Shown here one piece after another: positions 56,918 through 64,000 of a DNA stretch of 64,000 bases. The translations under genes were made by a program, and so were the position numbers. The stretch is from NCBI GenBank assembly GCA_036404275.1, contig DASXAM010000132.1:3175-67174 (forward strand), in the 5' to 3' direction. Numbering within the stretch: position 1 is the stretch's first letter; each line of letters begins with the position of its first letter. Under the pieces are notes generated by a model that saw only the letters and a program-made list of their open reading frames with translations, was not told the DNA's origin and did not search any database. The DNA comes from Stellaceae bacterium. Lineage in GTDB: Bacteria; Pseudomonadota; Alphaproteobacteria; ATCC43930; CGMCC-115725.

Positions 56918-58410
56918 ACAGCGTCTCCAAGGCCGGCCGCGGCGTTGAACTCGACGATTAGCGCGTCGAGCGCCGGCAGGCTTTCCCGCAATTCGGCCCA
57001 GAAAGCCGGCGAGCGCCGCCGCTCGAAGGCGTCGAGCGAGACGCCGCGCTGCTCGACCCAGGTATAATAGCCGAGGTTGAAGATGCGCGAGCGCTCGTGC
57101 CGGGTCAATTCGAGCACATCGTTGTCGGCGGCGCCCAAAAGATGCTGGCCGAAGATCTCGCCGGCGCCGACCATGTCGAGCCCGTCCGGGTAATGCGCGG
57201 CAAGATATTTGCGGCGCTCGCTTTCATAGAGTGCGGCGCCGTCGGTGGCGAGGGTCAGGACGGCTTCGTCTTCGCCGAGATCGAGCCGCTTGGCCACCTT
57301 GATCGCGGCGACGACATTGGCGATCCCGGAGAGCCCGAGAAACCGCAAATCGGCGGCGAGCGCCGGGTCGATATGCCGGCGGCCGGTCAGATAGGCGCGG
57401 CCGGTATCGCTGTTGAACAACAGGTCGAGCGCCGCGGCGCTGCGGTCGGAGACGGCGACGACGAGGTCGGTGTTCATCACGTTGTGAATGAGCGGCACAT
57501 GCTTGTCGCCGATCCCCTGGATGCCGTGCTCGCCAAACCCGTTCCGCAGCAAGGTCGCGCATTCGCTGGCTTCGACAGCGACGATCGGTGTGCCGTGCCT
57601 TTCCTTCAAATAGTCGCCCGCCGCCAATGTCCCGGCAGAACCCGAGGCGGCGACAAAGGCGGCTGGCTGCAGGCCGGGGCGGCTTGCCCGCACGGCCTCG
57701 AACACGGCCGCCATGGCGTGGCCGCTGACCGCCCAATGGGCGAGGTAATTGCCGAAATCGGCGAACTGGTTGACGATCACATTCGCGGGATCGCGGCCGA
57801 GCTCATCGCATTTGTCGTAGATTTCCTTGACGTTGCTTTCCGAGCCCGGGGTACGGATGATGTCCTCGGGCTGCGCCGCCCAGTGGGCGAGCCACGTAAA
57901 GCGCTCGGCGCTCATCCCTTCCGGCAACACCGCGATGCCGCGGCAGCCGAGAATGCGCGACAGCGCTAGCCCGCCGCGGCAGAAATTGCCGGTCGAAGGC
58001 CAAACCGCGCATTGCCGTTCGGGCTCGAACCGGCCGGTCACCAGATGCGGCGCGAGACAGCCATAAGCCGCCAGCACCTTGTGCGCGCCGATCAGCGGGA
58101 AGAGCGCGGCGAGTGCGACAATGATCGGCGCCGGCACGCCGGTCAGCTGCGGCGGCAGCACCAGATGCACCGGAACCGCAGCAAGATCGCGGCGCGCGCG
58201 GTCGTTGTACCAGTGCATGCGAAAAAGATTGGCCGGACGCGGCTCGTCCGCGCCGATGCCGCCGAGCGACGCGGCGATACTTTTCGGGATGCGCCGCGGC
58301 TCGGCGAGCTCGGCGAAGAGTGGCAACCGCACCCGGTTTTGGGCGAGCCATGCTGCCGCACGATCGCGCGCAGTCCGATCCAGGACGCTCGTCGCGACCG
58401 CCTCATCCAT
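56914..58410 (-). CDS. PLP-dependent enzyme of the cysteine-synthase/Trp-synthase-beta (PALP) fold, with an N-terminal extension of about 100 aa
   Basis: ...GAHKVLAAY... (candidate PLP-Lys), ...[11 protein letters not shown]... glycine loop, ...[10 protein letters not shown]...; the stop overlaps the CoA-transferase A start (ATGA). Confidence 0.75.
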   Translation of the reverse strand: MDEAVATSVLDRTARDRAAAWLAQNRVRLPLFAELAEPRRIPKSIAASLGGIGADEPRPANLFRMHWYNDRARRDLAAVPVHLVLPPQLTGVPAPIIVALAALFPLIGAHKVLAAYGCLAPHLVTGRFEPERQCAVWPSTGNFCRGGLALSRILGCRGIAVLPEGMSAERFTWLAHWAAQPEDIIRTPGSESNVKEIYDKCDELGRDPANVIVNQFADFGNYLAHWAVSGHAMAAVFEAVRASRPGLQPAAFVAASGSAGTLAAGDYLKERHGTPIVAVEASECATLLRNGFGEHGIQGIGDKHVPLIHNVMNTDLVVAVSDRSAAALDLLFNSDTGRAYLTGRRHIDPALAADLRFLGLSGIANVVAAIKVAKRLDLGEDEAVLTLATDGAALYESERRKYLAAHYPDGLDMVGAGEIFGQHLLGAADNDVLELTRHERSRIFNLGYYTWVEQRGVSLDAFERRRSPAFWAELRESLPALDALIVEFNAAAGLGDAV

Positions 58411-58476
58411 GGCCGCGTAGCCGCGAGGCGAAGCCGGCAGCCTCCGCCACCGGAACCCGCGCCAAATCGAGCGCGG

Positions 58477-59208
58477 CTATTTTTCGCCCAGCTGGGCCCC
58501 GTCGAGACCGCAGCGGACGCATTTGGCGAGCGTGAAGGTCACCGTCCCGGAATCGTCCGGGGCCTCGAACTTGACCGGCACGCCGTGGCTGTCGATCCAC
58601 ACGGTGTAGCGGTCGTGGCCGTCGATCTCGTATTTGCGGGTCGATACCGAGCTGCCGTCGATCGTCACCGCGGTCGGCTTGCCGCCGCTGACGCGCACCG
58701 GCTCGACCTTGCCGTTGTCCGGTCGCATCATCGCGCTCGAGCCGACGAAGTTGGCCGACCATGGGTTGGCCGGGTGAACCGTAGCGGGCGCGCTAAAGGT
58801 GCCCAACGGCGAGGTGATGACAAAGCTGTTGCCGCGCGCGACACCCTTGACCTCTTTCGGCCCGGACCCTTTGTCGGTCACGCCGTCGAACGAAACGAGG
58901 CGATTGCCTTCCCAACGTTCGGTGCGCCGCGCATCTTCGCGATGCATCGTAACGCCGAGCATCTTGACCTCGAAATGCGCGCTAGTCATGACCATCGTGC
59001 CGGTGCCGATCGGCTCGATCGTGTTGATGTAGGTGCCGATATTGCCGAAGACCGAGTGGGTCACACGGTAGATCAGCTGTGTCGGCGCTCCTGCTGCGAC
59101 AGCCGGGCCCATGCCGGCGAGGAGGGCAAGCCCGGCGATGGCGACGATGGGCAGAACCGCCGCCAGGCACGGAATTCGCCGCCGTGAACCCAGGTAATTT
59201 TTGGACAT
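58477..59208 (-). CDS. Secreted hypothetical protein
   Basis: GGGGGGA RBS. MSKNYLGSRRRIPCLAAVLPIVAIAGLALLAGMGPAVAA signal peptide. Beta-rich mature part; no family recognised with confidence. Confidence 0.6.
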   Translation of the reverse strand: MSKNYLGSRRRIPCLAAVLPIVAIAGLALLAGMGPAVAAGAPTQLIYRVTHSVFGNIGTYINTIEPIGTGTMVMTSAHFEVKMLGVTMHREDARRTERWEGNRLVSFDGVTDKGSGPKEVKGVARGNSFVITSPLGTFSAPATVHPANPWSANFVGSSAMMRPDNGKVEPVRVSGGKPTAVTIDGSSVSTRKYEIDGHDRYTVWIDSHGVPVKFEAPDDSGTVTFTLAKCVRCGLDGAQLGEK

Positions 59209-59299
59209 GATGTCCCCCCAACCAAAGCGGACAGCCGCAGTGCCAATCCGTGGATCCGAGCGGGCAAACAATCCACGAAATTGACGCGCTAGCACACGA

Positions 59300-59327
59300 A
59301 GCATACTCCCTGTCGCCGCCCGGTCAA
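59300..59327 (-). promoter_or_regulatory. Possible sigma-70 promoter TTGACC-N16-TATGCT
   Basis: Read on the minus strand, in the 168-nt gap between the GrdB-like gene and the secreted-protein gene. Confidence 0.3.
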
Positions 59328-59376
59328 AGCAAATATCGTCCAGGCGGGTTTCGACATCGGCGGCGGCGCGGGCCGA

Positions 59377-60306
59377 TCATTCAGGTTTGGCACGGATTTC
59401 TCTGGCGATCTCCTTTTGCTGATCGAATTCCTGTCGCCGGCGCTGCACTTCTTCCGGCGACAACCGGTCGATGTTCGAGTAGTCGAGCTTCCACGCCGGA
59501 TCGGTGCTCCAGCGCAGCGGCGACTGCACGGTCGTGCGCGGCGCCGGCGCCGCTTCCAGGAGGCGCAGCGCCAGATCGAGGGTCACGGCCTGCGAGTCGG
59601 GGTCGTGCGGACGGCCGGCCGCATTGCCGAGCGGGAAATCACTGAACAGAAAGCGCGGAACGCCGCAATGTTCGACGATGTCCTTGGCGCAGCCCATGAC
59701 CACCGTCGCGATGCCGTTTGCTTCCAAATGCCGGGCGGCCAGGCTCACGGTCTGGTGGCACACCGGTCAGTTGGCAACGAGGATCGCGGCCTCGGCGGCA
59801 TCTTCGCGGCACCGCGCCAACAGCTCCGGGCAATCTCGCTCGATCGTGGCGCGCTGGCTGCGATCGGTCGGCGCACCATGGAACCGCGGCGCTATCGGGC
59901 CTATCCGGCCTGCGACCGCCGCGCGCCGCAATTGGGGTAGCGGAAACCAGGTATTCCGGTCTTCCGCCGTGGTATGCGCCCGGTCATAGGCCAGGTGCGA
60001 GATGCGCAGATCGTGATCCTCGCCGCTATCGCCCGAATAGACCCGGTAGAATTTGGCGGCGGCGTTGTAGGCCGCACCCGGACCCTGATCGCCTTTGTCC
60101 GGCTGATAGGGGGCGGCGGTCGTTATCAGCGCGACCCGTGCCTCTGCTAGCGGCTTCGCCAAGGGCCGGAACGGCACCTCGGCATAATGCGCCCAGCGAT
60201 ATGGCGCGCCGTAGCCGAGCGCCGCGTAGTATTCGGCAATCCGCCGCATATAGGGGATCGGCAGGTCGTAATCGGCGGCAAACCCCGGAATTTCTCGCTC
60301 GCTCAT
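59377..60306 (-). CDS. GrdB/PrdB-like reductase family protein with an in-frame TGA (candidate selenocysteine at 59767-59769)
   Basis: ATG 60306 is preceded by AGGAG. Track ORFs 59767..60615 and 59377..59763 share one frame and are split only by the TGA. Read-through gives ...AAILVAN-U-PVCHQTVSLAARHLEANGIATVVMG... Confidence 0.55.
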
Positions 60307-60319
60307 CGCCGCTCTCCTC

Positions 60320-61288
60320 TCAGTTCTCGAAGCCGAAGAGGCGCTGGGCATTGTGGTTGAGGATTTTGTCGAGGTCGGCCGGTGCGAGGCCGAGCCGCGA
60401 TATGTAGGCGAAGGTCTCCTTGTAGGCTTCGTAATCCTGCAATACCGGATAGTCGCTGCCGGTGACGAGATGGTCGGCGCCAAACGCTTCGAGCGCGCAG
60501 GTGAAAGCCGCCTTCGAGCCGTAGCATACGGTGTCGTAATAGAATTTTTTGGCGGAGACCGACGGCGCCTCGGCCAGGTTCGGATGACCGCTCGGGCTCT
60601 GGCCTTGCTTGTCAAGCCGGTTCAGCAGCATCGGGATCGGGCCGCCGAGATGCGGCACGATAAATTTGATGTTCGGATAGCGATGCGGGATTTGCCTGGC
60701 GATCACGTGCAGCACAAAGCTCGCGTCCTCGAGCGAGGTACCGACCGAGGCGGTGTAGCGGTAGCCGGTGATAAACGGCGAGCAGATGCCGGTGCCGGCA
60801 GGATGGACGAAGAGCACTGCGCCTCGTCGGTTCATCTCGGCATAGATCGGCTCGAACTCGGTTTCGGCGACCGACCGGTTGAGGCAGCTGATGTTCATGT
60901 TGACGCCGACGCAGCCGAGCTGGTCGAAGCCGCGCTCCATCTCCCTCAACGCCGCGTCGATATGCGGCAATGGCAGCATGACGTAGGAGGCGATGCGCTT
61001 CGGGTAGCGGTGGGCGAGGTCGGCATAGCCGTCGTTCAGCATCTGCACCGCTTTTACGCACTCCGCCTCGTCCGGCAGGTAGGGTGGATGGTTTGGCGAC
61101 AACACCTGCTTTTCGACACCGGCTGCATCCATCAGCTCGAACCGGCCCTGGATGTCCTCCGGCGAATCCGAGAACGGGTGCCGCGCCATGCCGCGCTTGA
61201 CCGGTAGGTGCACCGGCGAGGCGAAGCGGTCGCCCATAAACTCGCTGAAATTTCGTGGGGTGTAATGCGCATGAACATCGCAGATCAT
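60320..61288 (-). CDS. Amidohydrolase-2 family protein (ACMSD-like decarboxylase/hydratase)
   Basis: MICDVHAHYTP... metal-binding HxH start, ...FVHPAG..., ...VPHLGG..., ...TGSDYP... The rest of track ORF 60320..62464 is an artefact. Confidence 0.85.
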   Translation of the reverse strand: MICDVHAHYTPRNFSEFMGDRFASPVHLPVKRGMARHPFSDSPEDIQGRFELMDAAGVEKQVLSPNHPPYLPDEAECVKAVQMLNDGYADLAHRYPKRIASYVMLPLPHIDAALREMERGFDQLGCVGVNMNISCLNRSVAETEFEPIYAEMNRRGAVLFVHPAGTGICSPFITGYRYTASVGTSLEDASFVLHVIARQIPHRYPNIKFIVPHLGGPIPMLLNRLDKQGQSPSGHPNLAEAPSVSAKKFYYDTVCYGSKAAFTCALEAFGADHLVTGSDYPVLQDYEAYKETFAYISRLGLAPADLDKILNHNAQRLFGFEN

Positions 61289-61423
61289 CGGCTGGACTTT
61301 CCCGAAACGAGGTGGATCGTTGAGCGTAAGCCGCACGGTCGCAATCCGGCAAGCCGGGAGGATTCGATGGACCTGGCTCGGCCCCGCGGCTAGGCTTACA
61401 CGTCCGTAAGCAAGGAGGAATCG

Positions 61424-62344
61424 ATGCGCGCTGCAACGGCATTGCCGAAGGGTTGCGTCAGAACATTGCCGACCGCGGGGCTCGCGGTCGTAGCGCTGCT
61501 GGCGGGTTCGCCGGCGCCGCGCGCCGATACCATTTTGTGGGCCAATGACGGTCGCGGCTCGCCCGGCCCGACATTGGACGAGTGGAACATCAACGAAGCG
61601 GCCGGCACCGGCACCTTGATCAATTCGTTCGCGGCGCCGAACCCGGTGGCGCAGCGCGGCGGCCCCGGTGGGATCGCCATCCTCGGGACGAGCATCTACT
61701 ACGGGGTCAGCAATTCCGGATCGGTGTTTCTGACCAATCCCGCCGGCGCCGATCTCGGTGTAGCCTTTGACACGGGTCTGCCCGGCATCAGCGCGATCAC
61801 CTCCGACGGCACATTTCTCTATATCGCAGCGACTGGCGACAGCTCGCTGACCGAGAAGGTGTATCAGTACACGCTCGGTGGCAACCTGGTGAACACGCTC
61901 ACTCTGGTTCCGACGGCCGGTGGGCCGTTTCTGGTCGGACGGACCGGGCTCGAAATTGTCGGCGGTAATTTCGTTGCCAATCAAGGCAACGACCAAGGCC
62001 CCTACAACAAGTTCGACTCGGCCGGAAATCTGGTCACGACGGAGTTCCTGCAGCAGACGGACGATTTCGGCTTTAGCGGCGTCGCCTTCGACGGCGCATT
62101 TTATTATGTAGCCGATGTCGAAGACCAACCGTCGATTTTTCGGGCCTTCGACGCAGCAGGGAACCTGCTGAAGGAGATTGCGCTGACCGGGTGCCCCGGA
62201 CCCAACCAGCAATGCGACTTTGCCGATCTGGCGGTCGAGCATGTGGTGCCGGAGCCGACGACCCTCGGACTCGTCGTTCCTTTTCTGCTCGCGGCGGGCC
62301 TGACGTGGCGCACCCGGCGCGGCGGCACCTTCAGAACAGCGTGA
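61424..62344 (+). CDS. PEP-CTERM sorting-domain protein with a beta-propeller-like repeat region
   Basis: AAGGAGGAA RBS and a signal peptide. C-terminal VPEPTTLGLVVPFLLAAGLTWRTRR. Confidence 0.8.
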   Translation: MRAATALPKGCVRTLPTAGLAVVALLAGSPAPRADTILWANDGRGSPGPTLDEWNINEAAGTGTLINSFAAPNPVAQRGGPGGIAILGTSIYYGVSNSGSVFLTNPAGADLGVAFDTGLPGISAITSDGTFLYIAATGDSSLTEKVYQYTLGGNLVNTLTLVPTAGGPFLVGRTGLEIVGGNFVANQGNDQGPYNKFDSAGNLVTTEFLQQTDDFGFSGVAFDGAFYYVADVEDQPSIFRAFDAAGNLLKEIALTGCPGPNQQCDFADLAVEHVVPEPTTLGLVVPFLLAAGLTWRTRRGGTFRTA

Positions 62345-63413
62345 GCTGATCGCCCCTCTGCGGCGGCGGGCGAAAGCGGGTCGTGTCGAGCGGATGGGTC
62401 TTGCGCGGGCTGAAACCGAGCCGGCGGCAGGCGCGGTCGAACCTGAGCCGCAGCATCTCGGCATAAGGACCGCTGCCGGTCATCCGTTTCGACCAGGCCG
62501 AGTCGTAAAGCCTTCCGCCATGCGCTTGTGCCACGAGCGAGAGCACATGCGCCGCCTTGTCCGGGAAATGCGCTTCGAGCCATTCGCGGAACAGCGCCTT
62601 CAATTCGAGCGGCAGGCGCAGCAGCGTATAGCCCGCCGATGACGCGCCGGCGTCGCGCGCCCGCTCCAGGATCGCTTCCATCTCGCTGTCGTTGAGGGCC
62701 GGGATCATCGGTGCGCTCAATACGCCGGCTGGGACGCCGGCGGCGGCGAGCGCGGCGATCGTTTCGAGCCGGCGCTCCGGGGTGGCGGCGCGCGGCTCCA
62801 TGACCCGCGCCAGACCGCGGTCGAGCGTCGTCACCGACACCGTGACGATCGCCAATCGCTCTTTCGCCATATCGGTGAGGATGTCGAGGTCGCGCCGGAT
62901 CAGCGCCGATTTGGTCACGATCGTGACCGGGTGCCGGAAATCGCGCAGCACTTCGAGGATGGCGCGGGTGACGCCGAGCCGCCGCTCGACCGGCTGATAG
63001 GGATCGGTGTTGCTGCCCAGCGCCAAGGGGCGCGCGGTGTAGCCCCTTTTGCGCAATTCGGCCGCGAGCAGCGCCGCCGCCTGCGGCTTGTAGAACAGCC
63101 GGCTCTCGAAATCGAGGCCCGGCGACAGCCCGAGATAGGCGTGGGACGGGCGCGCATAGCAATAAATGCAGCCATGCTCGCAACCGCGATAGGGGTTGAT
63201 CGAGCGGTCGAAGCCGATATCGGGCGAGTCGTTGCGGGCGATGATGGTACGCGTCGCATCGACACCGAGCGTCGTCTTCAGTGGCAGCGGCTCGCGATCA
63301 CCGCTCCCCCAGCCGTCGTCGAACGGCACCCGCTTTTCGTTCTCGAAGCGGCCGCTGCCGTTGCTCGCCGCCCCGCGTCCCTTGCGCTCTTGCGCCATGC
63401 CCGGCATATCCAT
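62331..63413 (-). CDS. PA0069-family radical SAM protein (SplB-like)
   Basis: ...NPYRGCEHGCIYCYARP... CX3/4CX2C cluster. The start is among ATG 63413, 63407 and 63398. Confidence 0.85.
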   Translation of the reverse strand: MDMPGMAQERKGRGAASNGSGRFENEKRVPFDDGWGSGDREPLPLKTTLGVDATRTIIARNDSPDIGFDRSINPYRGCEHGCIYCYARPSHAYLGLSPGLDFESRLFYKPQAAALLAAELRKRGYTARPLALGSNTDPYQPVERRLGVTRAILEVLRDFRHPVTIVTKSALIRRDLDILTDMAKERLAIVTVSVTTLDRGLARVMEPRAATPERRLETIAALAAAGVPAGVLSAPMIPALNDSEMEAILERARDAGASSAGYTLLRLPLELKALFREWLEAHFPDKAAHVLSLVAQAHGGRLYDSAWSKRMTGSGPYAEMLRLRFDRACRRLGFSPRKTHPLDTTRFRPPPQRGDQLTLF

Positions 63414-63434
63414 GCGGGATATCTTGCCGCGACA

Positions 63435-64000
63435 ATGCGAACTTTTCAAGAACAAATTTTATCGGCCGTAATTCCGACGCTGAACGCGGCTGCGAGCCTG
63501 CCGCAAACCTTGGCGATAATCGCCGGGTCGCCGATCGTGCGCGAAATCATCATCGTCGATGGCGGCTCGTCCGACCAAACCCGCGCGATGGCGCAAGGGC
63601 CCGGCATCCGGGTCATCGTCGCGGCACGCGGTCGGGGCAATCAGCTGGCGGCCGGGGCAAAGGCGGCGGTGGGCGAATGGCTGCTGTTTCTGCACGCCGA
63701 TTGCCGGCTCGAACCCGATTGGGAAGACGTGGTCGCCGACTTCGTCGCGGCTGACGGCGCATCGGGTCGGGCCGGATATTTCGACCTTGCGCTCGACGAC
63801 ACGGCGCCGGCGGCGCGCCGGCTCGAACGGCTCGTTGCCTGGCGCTGCCGTGTCTTGGTCCTGCCTTATGGCGATCAGGGGTTGCTGATCTCGCGCGCTC
63901 TTTATGACGCGGTCGGCGGGTTTGCTCCGATCCCGCTGATGGAGGATGTCGATCTCGCCCGTCGGCTCGGCCGCCGCCGGCTCGCCCCGATCGGCGCGCG
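63435..64000 (+). CDS. Family-2 glycosyltransferase, 3' partial
   Basis: Frame not in the track because it is open to the window end. ATG 63435: MRTFQEQILSAVIPTLNAAASL...IIIVDGGSSDQT...LFLHADC... Confidence 0.75.
   Translation, partial: MRTFQEQILSAVIPTLNAAASLPQTLAIIAGSPIVREIIIVDGGSSDQTRAMAQGPGIRVIVAARGRGNQLAAGAKAAVGEWLLFLHADCRLEPDWEDVVADFVAADGASGRAGYFDLALDDTAPAARRLERLVAWRCRVLVLPYGDQGLLISRALYDAVGGFAPIPLMEDVDLARRLGRRRLAPIGA

Noticed and set aside
61289-62464. N-terminal 390 aa of the 714-aa minus-strand ORF 60320..62464
   Set aside because: Only the part from ATG 61288 is amidohydrolase-like. The upstream part is antisense to a plus-strand PEP-CTERM gene that has a strong RBS, a signal peptide and a sorting signal.

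Overview
High-GC (about 65%) chromosomal window that looks alphaproteobacterial, probably Rhizobiales-like. The evidence is ALA synthase hemA, a GTTC-N7-GTTC SOS box at lexA, trpD-trpC-moaC-moeA-lexA synteny, and REP elements of the GCGGGGGAGGG and CCCGCGAAAGCGGG type. I call about 65 protein genes, one tRNA-Val and one frameshifted pseudogene. There is no rRNA, CRISPR array, transposase or prophage. Content is mostly housekeeping genes (thrC, aroC, fabI, pdxH, hemA, metC, sppA, trp/moa genes, lexA). These are interleaved with accessory metabolism (two LLM oxidoreductases, an acyl-CoA ligase, a CitE/MaoC pair, an amidase, a glycogen-debranching-like enzyme) and envelope proteins (a porin, two PEP-CTERM proteins, several small lipoproteins). 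Main observations: (1) A GrdB/PrdB-like ORF is interrupted by a single in-frame TGA that creates a U-x-x-C motif, so it is a candidate selenoprotein. It sits in a long, co-directional gene string with no obvious pathway assignment: amidohydrolase, GrdB-like, secreted protein, PLP enzyme, CoA-transferase A and B, LLM oxidoreductase, Tag-like protein. (2) A single ORF fuses TrpC and MoaC. (3) Two exact sigma-54 core promoters (TGGCAC-N5-TTGC) lie upstream of a PEP-CTERM gene and a porin gene; the first also has phased TTGGTTAA repeats upstream. (4) A lower-GC islet holds a frameshifted small tail-anchored coiled-coil gene, and its paralogue elsewhere carries a 33-bp in-frame tandem duplication. 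(5) A vapBC module has a perfect 9-bp inverted-repeat operator. (6) Two REP-like palindrome families are present. Many long ORFs in the track are antisense or alternate-frame artefacts of the high GC content, and I rejected them. All family assignments come from motif recognition by eye; no database search was run.
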